Source: a virus
Taxonomy: Duplodnaviria; Caudoviricetes
Direction: 5' to 3' (one strand)
Virus record (IMG/VR): IMGVR_UViG_3300047551_002158
DNA: 64,000 bases
Positions within the stretch are counted from its first letter, which is position 1, and each line of letters starts with the position of its first letter. The translations under genes were made by a program, and so were the position numbers. The notes beneath the pieces are model-generated. The model did not search any database. It was not told where the DNA came from and saw nothing but the letters and a program-made list of their open reading frames with translations. Shown piece after piece: positions 7,833-16,608 of the stretch.

Positions 7833-8119
7833 CTTATTCTATTACTCTCCGCAGTCCTGATGGTACTGAACAAACTGTAGAATGTGCTGAAGACCAGTAT
7901 ATTCTTGAAGCAGCACAAGAAGCAGGTATTGACCTTCCTTATTCTTGTCGTGCTGGTGCTTGTAGTGCTTGTACTGGTAAAGTTCTGGAAGGTGAAGTTG
8001 ATAACAGCGAACAAACCTTCCTGGATGATGACCAAATGAATGGTGGTTTTTCACTGCTTTGTGTAGCATATCCTTTGAGTGATTGTGTAATCCTAACCGA
8101 ACAAGAGGAAAACCTTTGA
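7829..8119 (+). CDS. petF: plant-type [2Fe-2S] ferredoxin (auxiliary metabolic gene)
   Basis: 96 aa; [14 protein letters not shown]...LLCVAYP carries the C-x4-C-x2-C...C cluster ligands. Confidence 0.95.
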   Translation: MTYSITLRSPDGTEQTVECAEDQYILEAAQEAGIDLPYSCRAGACSACTGKVLEGEVDNSEQTFLDDDQMNGGFSLLCVAYPLSDCVILTEQEENL

Positions 8120-8301
8120 TGTATGAAGACTTATCTAATTTTGAGAGTGCGTTAGTTCATTTCGGCACAAGAGTTGATATTATTATTGCACTTGAAATGG
8201 GAGGAAAGTTAGATGCTGAGACAGCTTATCAGAACATTAAAGATGAACTTAAGGAACTCAAACGAGTCCGAAAATCCTTCAAGAAAGACAAGGATTTGTG
8301 A
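8119..8301 (+). CDS. small hypothetical protein
   Basis: Track ORF 8083..8301; likely TGATG-coupled start at 8119 (MYEDLSNF). Confidence 0.65.
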   Translation: MYEDLSNFESALVHFGTRVDIIIALEMGGKLDAETAYQNIKDELKELKRVRKSFKKDKDL

Positions 8302-8416
8302 TAAATGTGGAGTGGAAAAACCACTTGACGCAGATCACTACTCTGTCGTAAAATACTTCCGTGAAGGATTTTCTTATTATTGCAACGATTGTTCTAAACC
8401 TAAACCCAAAGATTGA
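8243..8416 (+). CDS. small C4 zinc-finger protein
   Basis: CDKC...YYCNDC; likely ATG at 8243. Confidence 0.55.
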   Translation: MNLRNSNESENPSRKTRICDKCGVEKPLDADHYSVVKYFREGFSYYCNDCSKPKPKD

Positions 8417-8937
8417 TTATGGACTATAAAAAGTATTCACTTGAAAACCTTGAAAATTGGTTGAACGATGCAATGTCTGCTGGTGAAGCATCAGCAGAAG
8501 AAATTTATAATACAATCAAAAAAGTTGCACAAGAACACTACTATTATCACAAGCAGCACGCAAGTCAAGCAAACGAACTTCTTGCATTGCTGAATGGTAA
8601 TGGTATTGGTCATATCAAACAATATGATGATTGTGTAGATAAAATCTTGAGTTGTGATAAAGATGACCAATCACCCGAATGTAAAGGTGCTTGGAATGAA
8701 TTTTGGGAAAATGATAGCGTAGAATATGATTTGAGAGAAGCAGAGTTTTATCAAAAAAGCGATAAAGTGACTAAATGGGTTCTTCCTGTTCAAGTTGATG
8801 GACTGACTGGTGATTGTTATATCAATCTTCCTGATGATTTGCTTGAAGTTGCTGGACTTAAAGAGGGTGATACTGTAGAATGGATTGATCGTAAAGATGG
8901 TAGTTTTGAACTGAGGAAAGTAAATGGCGCTGAGTAA
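8413..8937 (+). CDS. protein with C-terminal AbrB/MazE-like DNA-binding domain
   Basis: C-terminal INLPDDLLEVAGLKEGDTVEW..DGSFELRK matches the swapped-hairpin AbrB pattern. Confidence 0.65.
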   Translation: MIMDYKKYSLENLENWLNDAMSAGEASAEEIYNTIKKVAQEHYYYHKQHASQANELLALLNGNGIGHIKQYDDCVDKILSCDKDDQSPECKGAWNEFWENDSVEYDLREAEFYQKSDKVTKWVLPVQVDGLTGDCYINLPDDLLEVAGLKEGDTVEWIDRKDGSFELRKVNGAE

Positions 8938-9148
8938 ACAAACATTAGACCATCTTTTGGAAGCAGAAAGTCATCTGCGAGCAGCAATTAAATCTGCTGC
9001 TACAAATGAAAAACCACTTGTGGTAAAGCAAATCTCTGAAATTCTTCTTGATATTGAAAAGTGTAAGAAGTTTGAGGAGATTATGGATATGCTTGATAAT
9101 AGGAAACCTGGAAGTAGTGGAAACTTCGGTTCATTTCTGGATGATTAA
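8924..9148 (+). CDS. small hypothetical protein
   Basis: 74-aa ORF, GAGG SD. Confidence 0.7.
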   Translation: MALSKQTLDHLLEAESHLRAAIKSAATNEKPLVVKQISEILLDIEKCKKFEEIMDMLDNRKPGSSGNFGSFLDD

Positions 9149-9237
9149 GTAGTGTTACTGCAATCTGAAGACAATCTTAAGGAAAGGAACTCCCCGCTTA
9201 AATAGTGTTAGGATACTAACATAATTCACTTGAGATT

Positions 9238-9402
9238 ATGACATTTTCAAAGAAAAATAACAGGGAACTCACACAAACAGAATGGAATGAGATGGTTGCA
9301 CTTAAAAATGCAATTGATTATGATATAACTCAAGTACATCCAGAGAAGATGGAAGAGTTTACTGAATATCTTGTGCGTAGTCTTAAGGAACGTGGTGGTT
9401 GA
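9238..9402 (+). CDS. small hypothetical protein
   Basis: 54-aa ORF read by eye, preceded by TAAATA (9199-9204) and a hairpin TGTTAG-GATA-CTAACA (9206-9221). Confidence 0.55.
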   Translation: MTFSKKNNRELTQTEWNEMVALKNAIDYDITQVHPEKMEEFTEYLVRSLKERGG

Positions 9403-9406
9403 ATAA

Positions 9407-9437
9407 AACTTTGGGGCCTTGAAAGTGTCTCTATAGT
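9407..9437 (+). repeat. 31-bp cassette/promoter repeat, copy 1
   Basis: AACTTTGGGGCCTTGAAAGTGTCTCTATAGT. Confidence 0.9.
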
Positions 9438-9455
9438 GTAAGCAACAAACTTGAA

Positions 9456-9872
9456 ATGGGCACCCGAGCACGAATCGGTCTTGAACTCTCTGACGGTTCT
9501 ATTCTTTCTGCATATCACCATTGGGATGGTTATCCCGAATGGTTGGGTCGTATTCTGAACACTCACTATAATTCACGTTCTCTTGCTGAAGAACTGATTG
9601 GTGGTGGTGATATGAGTTCTTGCTGGACTGATTCACGTTGGGATGATAGTGCTGTAAAAGGTGTTTATGGACCCGAATACTACTCTCAACGTGGCGAAGA
9701 TCATCCTCCTCGCCTTGATGCTGACTTGTGTGAGTATCTTCTTCCTGATAATAGCGAAGAATATGCCTATATCTTCCGCAATGGTGAATGGGTATGCTAC
9801 AATATGCACCAGTTTGATGATAGCAAACTACCCGAAATCGTTGAAATTCCCTCTGCTGCTCTTGCTGTTTGA
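9456..9872 (+). CDS. hypothetical phage protein
   Basis: 138-aa ORF (MGTRARIG...YHHWDGYPEWLG) directly after repeat 1. Confidence 0.8.
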   Translation: MGTRARIGLELSDGSILSAYHHWDGYPEWLGRILNTHYNSRSLAEELIGGGDMSSCWTDSRWDDSAVKGVYGPEYYSQRGEDHPPRLDADLCEYLLPDNSEEYAYIFRNGEWVCYNMHQFDDSKLPEIVEIPSAALAV

Positions 9873-9874
9873 TT

Positions 9875-10033
9875 ATGACTTCTAAAACGACTTCCTACAT
9901 CTTTCTTGCTTTCATTGCTATTCTTGGATGGAACGCATTTCTAATCAAACGCGATGATGCAATGTATAAAGAATATGATCGTCGTCAAGCGATAGAAAAT
10001 ATTAAGAAACCACCAAGTAATCTAATCAAATGA
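9875..10033 (+). CDS. small membrane protein
   Basis: 52-aa ORF read by eye, one hydrophobic segment. Confidence 0.55.
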   Translation: MTSKTTSYIFLAFIAILGWNAFLIKRDDAMYKEYDRRQAIENIKKPPSNLIK

Positions 10034-10120
10034 GTTTGGGACTTGCTATCTTCATTTATCTTATGTTGGTTGCATTGGTCTCACTTCTTATGATATACTA
10101 CTACAAAGTGATACGACCGA

Positions 10121-10291
10121 ATGATGAGCGACGATTTAACACCTGAAGAAAGAAAGATTATCTTTCACGCTGTAAAGTACTGGCAGATGCACAAAGCATC
10201 ACTCAACGGAAAAGATTATCAGATTTGTGAGAACATTTTGAACCGTTGGTTTGATAGTGTTTATACTCAGAGAAAGGAGCAAGCAAGGTGA
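10121..10291 (+). CDS. small hypothetical protein
   Basis: 56-aa ORF read by eye (MMSDDLTPEERKIIF). Confidence 0.55.
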   Translation: MMSDDLTPEERKIIFHAVKYWQMHKASLNGKDYQICENILNRWFDSVYTQRKEQAR

Positions 10292-10469
10292 TTGAATACA
10301 CAAAACGACAAAAAGACTTACAAATGGAACGACAAATGGAAGATTTCTTTGCATTTGTTGAAGAACTTGCATCTAAGTATGAAGTCACTTGTGACTATAT
10401 TCTTGAAGAGTTCATCATTGACTAAACCTCACTTAACCATTAAACTATAGGAGTACATTACAAAAACAA

Positions 10470-10703
10470 ATGAAGTATCTGTATATTGTTGATTTCTGGG
10501 TTCCTTTTCCTTCTTCGGAATATGGTGGACTTATCAATGTTATCGCTGAAGATGATATTGAGTGCCACGACATTCTGCGAGACAGTGAAATCTGTTACGA
10601 TTCTACCTACGACAATAAGATTATGGAGCGTGTAGTTGCTGCTCCTCGTTTTGCTCTGGTAGATGAAGAAGAGTCCCGTATTGTTGAATCATTCACCACT
10701 TGA
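10470..10703 (+). CDS. small hypothetical protein
   Basis: 77-aa ORF. Confidence 0.7.
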   Translation: MKYLYIVDFWVPFPSSEYGGLINVIAEDDIECHDILRDSEICYDSTYDNKIMERVVAAPRFALVDEEESRIVESFTT

Positions 10704-10705
10704 TT

Positions 10706-10873
10706 ATGACTCAAAATGTTTCTCACACCAACAAAATGGTGTTTGATCTCAAGCAAATGTATCAGGGTAGGATCTCACAACTACAAGAGAAAATTACAGA
10801 ACAACAAAAAGAAATCTTGCAACTTCAGGAGCAAATCAAACTCCTCACTTATGAAAAGTTTTATGATTGCTGA
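10706..10873 (+). CDS. small coiled-coil protein
   Basis: 55-aa ORF read by eye. Confidence 0.55.
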   Translation: MTQNVSHTNKMVFDLKQMYQGRISQLQEKITEQQKEILQLQEQIKLLTYEKFYDC

Positions 10874-11172
10874 TGAAACTCTCAGTTGATTTAATCCCCA
10901 AGTTTAAGCACAAAGCACCAAAAGGTTACACCTATGAAGTTGAAGAGTTCAAACGTAATATCTTTTCTATTTGGTTGCGTTGCCACCGCAAGTTTGATTA
11001 CAATATGGGCAAACCTACCAGAACCATCTGGGGATTTTATGATTATAAAAAATGCAGATTCTATAGTCCTGTAAATAGTTCAACGGTTGGTAAAGAAGTA
11101 GATTTTGAGGACACAAGAGACTACACTTCAATGCCTATTAAATATCTTGGAGTTGAGGCATTTTTTGTATGA
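10873..11172 (+). CDS. hypothetical protein
   Basis: Track ORF 10867..11172; TGATG-coupled ATG at 10873. Confidence 0.7.
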   Translation: MKLSVDLIPKFKHKAPKGYTYEVEEFKRNIFSIWLRCHRKFDYNMGKPTRTIWGFYDYKKCRFYSPVNSSTVGKEVDFEDTRDYTSMPIKYLGVEAFFV

Positions 11173-11345
11173 TTTTTACAGAGGGAACTGAAGTCATTTA
11201 CAAAAGTATTTCTGGTGTGATTGCATTTACCTCTGAACAGTATGTTTCAATTTTGGTAAGTAAAGGTAGGCATCGTGCTCAAGATGTGAGAGTAGTTGTA
11301 TATCATTCAGACTTTAAGAATATTGTATTAGCAGACGGAAAATGA
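11169..11345 (+). CDS. small hypothetical protein
   Basis: 58-aa ORF read by eye, ATGA-coupled at both ends. Confidence 0.55.
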   Translation: MIFTEGTEVIYKSISGVIAFTSEQYVSILVSKGRHRAQDVRVVVYHSDFKNIVLADGK

Positions 11346-11605
11346 AACAGAAAACAATGTGGCGATGGTGGGCAAAGGCGATCGGTGAGAAAGCAAGTAA
11401 ATGCGATAAGGAATCGGATAAGATTGCTCTTATCCGAACTTTTATTTTTGCGACCTATTTGGTTACCAATGCTTTCATTGTGGCGGGTGTAGTCAGACAC
11501 TGGAATGATAAAACAAAAGTAGAAGTTTATATTGATGGTGTAAGTGCTCAACAATATCAAACTCCACCAGCACGAAAGGTAAATAGGGTTCTTGAGTTTG
11601 AGTGA
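11342..11605 (+). CDS. small membrane protein
   Basis: 87-aa ORF with one transmembrane-like segment (WRWWAKAIGEKA...). Confidence 0.7.
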   Translation: MKQKTMWRWWAKAIGEKASKCDKESDKIALIRTFIFATYLVTNAFIVAGVVRHWNDKTKVEVYIDGVSAQQYQTPPARKVNRVLEFE

Positions 11606-11632
11606 AACTAAATAATCAAAAAGACAAGAAAG

Positions 11633-12046
11633 ATGATTACCTTTAGAGAGTTTCTGTTAGTTTGTGAGAAGAAAACTTCTACACCATCTCACGCAGTTCC
11701 AGGAACTTATAATGAAGTAGATGGGGTGAAAACTTATACTCTTGCTCCATATGAAGGACCATCTGGACCTCTTAAAACTGAAAAGAAAGTCAAGAAAGTA
11801 TTAGATAAGCAAGGTGGAATTGGTGGTGGTGCTATCAAGAAAGCAAAGAAGAAAGCAGATAAGATTAAGAAACTTGAGGAGCAAGATCCTCATATGACGC
11901 CAACACCTTTTAATGTAGCAAAAGCACAAGCACAAGCAAAAGGTGGAGTTGTACATAGAAGACACGTTCATCAGGAGATTGGTGCTGAGGCAAGAGCACA
12001 GCAATCTGCAAAAAATGCAAGGATGAAAGCAATTCTGTCTCGTTAA
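11633..12046 (+). CDS. basic late protein, candidate internal head protein
   Basis: Preceded by CTAAATA (11608-11614); N-terminus MITFREFLLVCE resembles the T4 capsid-targeting sequence. Confidence 0.65.
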   Translation: MITFREFLLVCEKKTSTPSHAVPGTYNEVDGVKTYTLAPYEGPSGPLKTEKKVKKVLDKQGGIGGGAIKKAKKKADKIKKLEEQDPHMTPTPFNVAKAQAQAKGGVVHRRHVHQEIGAEARAQQSAKNARMKAILSR

Positions 12047-12050
12047 TCAA

Positions 12051-12081
12051 AACTCTGGGGCCTTGAAAATGTCCCTATAAT
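12051..12081 (+). repeat. 31-bp repeat, copy 2
   Basis: AACTCTGGGGCCTTGAAAATGTCCCTATAAT. Confidence 0.9.
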
Positions 12082-12101
12082 GTAAGCGTTCATTCCCAAA
12101 G

Positions 12102-12239
12102 ATGGATCACTACGACGACATCCAAGTTGAGGAGTTTTATCCTGCTGATTTTGTTGAAGAAGTTTATGAAGAACTCTTTGATGAAAATGATGATGATAAA
12201 TCCTTCCAACGCCTGATTAACTCCAACTACGATTTCTGA
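12102..12239 (+). CDS. small acidic protein
   Basis: 45-aa ORF read by eye after repeat 2. Confidence 0.5.
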   Translation: MDHYDDIQVEEFYPADFVEEVYEELFDENDDDKSFQRLINSNYDF

Positions 12240-12241
12240 TT

Positions 12242-12448
12242 ATGACTGACACTGTTAACGTCCTGCCTCATCTTAACGAACTCAAAGAGATTTGGCGCAA
12301 GCAAGATTTCACCTTTACAAAACAACAACGTGAAGAGTATGATATGCTTCTCAATGCTCGCCGCGAACGTGTAAAGTATTTTTACGATAACGATATGGTC
12401 TGCAAAATTAGTAAATCTGCTCAAGATAAACTGAAAGACGCTGACTGA
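12242..12448 (+). CDS. small hypothetical protein
   Basis: 68-aa ORF. Confidence 0.7.
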   Translation: MTDTVNVLPHLNELKEIWRKQDFTFTKQQREEYDMLLNARRERVKYFYDNDMVCKISKSAQDKLKDAD

Positions 12449-12484
12449 AATATAAATAAACAAGAAGCGTTTATTTAACTCACG

Positions 12485-13090
12485 ATGCGTACATTTCAGG
12501 AGTTTGTTTTGATTGCTGAAGCATCATATGATGCTGATGTAATGAAGTCTGCACAAATCCGCAAGACTGGTGAAGGCGGACGTATTGGTGCTCAACGCAA
12601 GAAAACTGCTCCTGAAAAACGCAGGATGGCTCAAGCAAAACCTGGCGAAGAAAGAAGACCAAGCGAATACAAACCACGCAAAGATATTGGTACTCAACGC
12701 CAAAGAAGTGAGCGTGAGCAACAACCAGAACAAGAACGTGGATCTGCAAGAGAAAGACAACTAGCCGCAGCAAAAGAAGAAAGAAGAAAGGCAGCACTTG
12801 CAAGAAGAGCAGCAAGAACTGGTGGTGCAGAACCAGCAACAGAAAAACCAAAAGCAAAAGAAGTATCAAAGACTGCATCTAAACTTCTCAAGAAGAAGAA
12901 AACTGAAGTAGATTTGAGACCTGCCGATCAACCAAAGAGAGCAGTTGTCGGTATGTCAAGAGAGCAAAGAAAAGATATTACAAGAAGAGGTCATAGAAAA
13001 CTTGAGAAACTTGTGAGACAATCTGAAGCAGAAAAGCAAGGTAAGAGACCAGAGGAAGTAAAACTCAAGCACGACTATCGCCCCAAGTAA
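12485..13090 (+). CDS. highly basic late protein, candidate internal head protein
   Basis: TATAAATA at 12451-12458; N-terminus MRTFQEFVLIAE; K/R/E/A-rich body. Confidence 0.7.
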   Translation: MRTFQEFVLIAEASYDADVMKSAQIRKTGEGGRIGAQRKKTAPEKRRMAQAKPGEERRPSEYKPRKDIGTQRQRSEREQQPEQERGSARERQLAAAKEERRKAALARRAARTGGAEPATEKPKAKEVSKTASKLLKKKKTEVDLRPADQPKRAVVGMSREQRKDITRRGHRKLEKLVRQSEAEKQGKRPEEVKLKHDYRPK

Positions 13091-13094
13091 TCTT

Positions 13095-13125
13095 AACTCT
13101 GGGGCCTTGAAAGTGTCCCTATAGT
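13095..13125 (+). repeat. 31-bp repeat, copy 3
   Basis: AACTCTGGGGCCTTGAAAGTGTCCCTATAGT. Confidence 0.9.
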
Positions 13126-13142
13126 ATAGACACCGCTTCATT

Positions 13143-13334
13143 ATGGACCGCATCGAAATCCAACGCAAACTCTATGATGCTCGCAATGAGTATCTGAAAG
13201 CAAAGAAATCTGTAGAGTTTTGGACGCGTGAGATTGCTTTCCTGAAAGAGTGTGAAAATGCCTTGAACAAACCCTCTTTGTTTGAGGAACTCTTTGGGGA
13301 TACTCCTATCGCTGAAGAAGTTTACGGAGGTTGA
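13143..13334 (+). CDS. small hypothetical protein
   Basis: 63-aa ORF after repeat 3. Confidence 0.7.
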   Translation: MDRIEIQRKLYDARNEYLKAKKSVEFWTREIAFLKECENALNKPSLFEELFGDTPIAEEVYGG

Positions 13335-13359
13335 CTTTAACTTCCAGACATCTTATTAT
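13331..13359 (+). promoter_or_regulatory. sigma70-like promoter
   Basis: TTGACT, 17 nt, TATTAT. Confidence 0.5.
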
Positions 13360-13379
13360 AGTAAAAGAAACTGATTATT

Positions 13380-13694
13380 ATGGCAACTTGGAGAGCAGAA
13401 GTATTTGTTAATTCTCAAGTCGGTAGGATTACTACTGAAGTTGAGGCAGCAACATTTGGCGGTGCAAAACAACAAATCTATGCAAAGCACGGTGATGTTC
13501 AACAAATCACAAACCTAAGAGAAGTTAGGTCTGGTGGTGGTGGTTCTTCATTCAGTTCTGGAGATGGTGAAGGACTTGTATGGTTACTGGGCATTGGACT
13601 TGTTCTTTATGCTCTCGTAACTTACTGGTATATTGCTATTCCTATCGGGATCGTCTTGCTTATTCTCATTGGTATGGGTATGAGCGATGACTGA
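13380..13694 (+). CDS. membrane protein
   Basis: 104 aa; Gly/Ser linker followed by a long hydrophobic C-terminus. Confidence 0.7.
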   Translation: MATWRAEVFVNSQVGRITTEVEAATFGGAKQQIYAKHGDVQQITNLREVRSGGGGSSFSSGDGEGLVWLLGIGLVLYALVTYWYIAIPIGIVLLILIGMGMSDD

Positions 13695-13725
13695 AACTCT
13701 GGGGCCTTGAAATTGTCCTTATAAT
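13695..13725 (+). repeat. 31-bp repeat, copy 4
   Basis: AACTCTGGGGCCTTGAAATTGTCCTTATAAT. Confidence 0.9.
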
Positions 13726-13730
13726 ATACG

Positions 13731-14972
13731 ATGAACCAAATGCAAATCCAACTCCGTCCTCATCAAGAACGCGCTGTTGCTGCTATGCAAAAGCACAACA
13801 AAGGGCAACTAATTAAACCTACTGGAGCGGGAAAAACCCTGACTATGATCTATGATTGTCTGCGCGAGTTGCAGTCAGAAACTCCCCAGACTATTGTTGT
13901 TGTTGCTCCTCGTATTCTGCTTGCTGAGCAACTCTCTGCTGAGTTTCTGGAGTTTATCACCAACGCTGCTGTGTTTCATATTCACAGTGGCGAAACTCAT
14001 CACGAAAGTTCTACTCGCCCTGGTATCATTCGCCAGTGGATCGAGAACAATCACTCCCGTCACAAGTTGATTATCACAACCTATCACTCCCTGTCTCGCC
14101 TTGAGCGTACTGGAGTTGATGTGGATACGATTTACTTTGACGAAGCACATAACAGTGTTCAGCGTCACTTTTTCCCTGCAACTGAGCACTTTGCTGCTAA
14201 TGCACGACGCTGCTATTTCTTCACTGCAACGCCAAAGCATAGCGTCACTGTAGGTAAACCTGGGATGAATATGCCTGAGGTTTATGGTCAGGTGATCTGC
14301 AAAGTTCCTGCTCCTGAACTTGTCGAAGGTGGTTACATTGTGCCCCCTAAAGTTATCGTCAAGCAACTGCCGATGGTGAAGGGTAAGCAGACCAACTTCG
14401 ACCGTGACGCAGAGAACCTGCTGGAAACGATTGATGAGAACAATGTCGGCAAGATCCTGATCTGTGCTAAGGCAACCAAGCAAATCGTTGCTCTTGTGTC
14501 TGAAACTGATTTCTGTGACGAACTGGAACAGCGCGGTTATTCTTGGATGTTCATTACTGCTAAGACGGGTGCAGTGATTGATGGTAAGAAAGTCAATCGT
14601 GAGGTGTTCTTTGATACTCTCAGTGCCTGGGGTAAGGATAACTCTAAGAAGTTTGTTGTTCTACATCACAGCATCCTCGCAGAAGGTATCAATGTGAGCG
14701 GACTTGAGGCAGTGTTGTTTATGCGTAATATGGACTACATTGGCATCAGTCAGACTATCGGACGCTGCATCCGTTTGCATCACGATGATGCTAAGAAACT
14801 GCGTGATGGTGCTATTCAACCTGGCAACCTCAGTCAATATACCAAATCGTTCGGTCTGGTTTGTATTCCCGTGTACTCTCAGGTTGGTATTGCTACTGCC
14901 CGCAGTGTTCAGGCAGTTGTTGATACTGTCTTTGAGAAGGGAGAGGCAGCGGTGAGCGTGGTTCGCAGGTGA
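13731..14972 (+). CDS. superfamily 2 DExH helicase (ResIII-like)
   Basis: Walker A PTGAGKT, DEAH, FTATP, LAEGINV and QTIGRCIR motifs. Confidence 0.9.
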   Translation: MNQMQIQLRPHQERAVAAMQKHNKGQLIKPTGAGKTLTMIYDCLRELQSETPQTIVVVAPRILLAEQLSAEFLEFITNAAVFHIHSGETHHESSTRPGIIRQWIENNHSRHKLIITTYHSLSRLERTGVDVDTIYFDEAHNSVQRHFFPATEHFAANARRCYFFTATPKHSVTVGKPGMNMPEVYGQVICKVPAPELVEGGYIVPPKVIVKQLPMVKGKQTNFDRDAENLLETIDENNVGKILICAKATKQIVALVSETDFCDELEQRGYSWMFITAKTGAVIDGKKVNREVFFDTLSAWGKDNSKKFVVLHHSILAEGINVSGLEAVLFMRNMDYIGISQTIGRCIRLHHDDAKKLRDGAIQPGNLSQYTKSFGLVCIPVYSQVGIATARSVQAVVDTVFEKGEAAVSVVRR

Positions 14973-15084
14973 GTCTCAATGAGATCCCTGTTCCCATCAG
15001 GGGTCAAAACCTGATTTTTCTTTAATTCTACCTGAAGGGTGCCATAGGTCATCCGTCGCAAAGAAATCACCGATTTTTATCAAA

Positions 15085-15612
15085 ATGACAATTTTGCCAT
15101 ATATTGGGTCTGTAATTAACCTTGGAAATTCGTTTTCTCAAGCAACTCGCCCAAAGAATGTTGGGCAACTCAGTGAACTAATTCAGATTTTTCGTGATTC
15201 AGACTGTGAACATAGTATAGGTGGTTGGGAACAATTCTATGATGAAAAAATTGGAAAATGTAAAATAGAAGACGCATCTGATAAGATTTGGAATTACGTT
15301 CAGCGTATAAAAGAGAATCTGAATAGATTAACCAAGGAAGATGTGTATGCTTGGACCAAGGATCTCATCATCGACAAAACATTTTCTGGATTACAACTTC
15401 AACTTGACATTCTTGAAATGGTGTGCGATAATGGAGATTATCGTCTTGCCAATTCTGAAGAAGAAGCAAAGGGAATTGACGGATTTGTAAATGGTGAACC
15501 TGTATCAATCAAACCACATACATACAAAAAAACCATTCAATCTGGAAAGGAATCAATCCAATATCGCATAATCTATTACAAGCAAACAAAGAACGGTCTG
15601 GTTATCACATGA
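15085..15612 (+). CDS. putative type II restriction endonuclease, MjaI-like PD-(D/E)xK
   Basis: TRPKNVGQLSELI N-terminal pattern recalled from MjaI-family enzymes; GIDGFVNGEPVSIKP catalytic-like motif; ATGA-coupled to a methyltransferase. Confidence 0.6.
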   Translation: MTILPYIGSVINLGNSFSQATRPKNVGQLSELIQIFRDSDCEHSIGGWEQFYDEKIGKCKIEDASDKIWNYVQRIKENLNRLTKEDVYAWTKDLIIDKTFSGLQLQLDILEMVCDNGDYRLANSEEEAKGIDGFVNGEPVSIKPHTYKKTIQSGKESIQYRIIYYKQTKNGLVIT

Positions 15613-16358
15613 AACAAATAATTTGTTCAGATGCTCTATCTACATTGCAAGAAATAGAAAGTGGTAGTGTAGATTTGGTTCTTACATCACCTCCATATAA
15701 TTTTGATATGAAGTATGATGAGCATAATGATAAAAAAAATTCTACAGATTATCTTACCACACTCGTCACAATCTTTGATGAGTGTATTCGTGTGTTAAAG
15801 TCTGGTGGAAGACTGATAATCAATATTCAACCAAATTATAAAGAATACTATCCATCACATCATGCTATCACAACTGCAATGATTGAGCGTGGATTGATTT
15901 GGAGAGGTGAAATAGTTTGGCTAAAGAACAATCTTAAGAAATTGACTGCTTGGGGTAGTTGGATGTCCCCATCCTGTCCTTACTTGTCATACCCATTTGA
16001 GTTTATCGAGGTCTTTAGTAAGGATACGTTAAAGCATATTGGCGACAAAGAAAACATTGATCTCACAAAAGATGAGTTCATTGAATATGTGAATGGTCAC
16101 TGGACGATAGCACCAGAAACAAGAATGAAAAAGTTTAATCATCCGGCAATGTTTCCAGAGGAATTGGCAAAACGCTGCATCAAATTGTTCTCATACAAGA
16201 ATGACTTAGTTCTTGATCCTTTCAATGGTGCAGGTACGACTACCTATGTTGCAAATTTGCTTGGGAGAAGGTATATTGGAATTGACATAAGTGAAACGTA
16301 TTGTGAGATTGCAAAAGAAAGAATCTCATCCACTAATCTACTGGAAAAGTTTTTTTAA
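15609..16358 (+). CDS. beta-class amino (N4-C/N6-A) DNA methyltransferase
   Basis: Motif IV TSPPY precedes HPAMFP and motif I VLDPFNGAGTT. Confidence 0.92.
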   Translation: MKQIICSDALSTLQEIESGSVDLVLTSPPYNFDMKYDEHNDKKNSTDYLTTLVTIFDECIRVLKSGGRLIINIQPNYKEYYPSHHAITTAMIERGLIWRGEIVWLKNNLKKLTAWGSWMSPSCPYLSYPFEFIEVFSKDTLKHIGDKENIDLTKDEFIEYVNGHWTIAPETRMKKFNHPAMFPEELAKRCIKLFSYKNDLVLDPFNGAGTTTYVANLLGRRYIGIDISETYCEIAKERISSTNLLEKFF

Positions 16359-16360
16359 TT

Positions 16361-16534
16361 ATGGAAGCATTTACAATGTATAAGGATGAATACGCTGCAA
16401 TTCCTTATGGTAAGCAGTATCTCATTATTCACAATGGGCAGCAACTTGAGCGACTGTGTAAGACTGAGGCAACAGCACGAAAGTATATCACAGACCTCAA
16501 GAAAGGTAAGAGCGTAGCACAACTTCCAATGTGA
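16361..16534 (+). CDS. small hypothetical protein
   Basis: 57-aa ORF read by eye (MEAFTMYKDEYAAIPYG). Confidence 0.6.
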   Translation: MEAFTMYKDEYAAIPYGKQYLIIHNGQQLERLCKTEATARKYITDLKKGKSVAQLPM

Positions 16535-16538
16535 TACT

Positions 16539-16570
16539 AACATCTGGGGCCTTGAAAGTGTCCATATAGT
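16539..16570 (+). repeat. 31-bp repeat, copy 5 (variant)
   Basis: AACATCTGGGGCCTTGAAAGTGTCCATATAGT. Confidence 0.88.
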
Positions 16571-16608
16571 GTGAGGACACATCCTCACAGAAGTTTCTAA
16601 CACAAACT

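Noticed and set aside
13875-14483. 202-aa minus-strand ORF
   Set aside because: Antisense shadow of the helicase; no recognisable motifs or expression signals.
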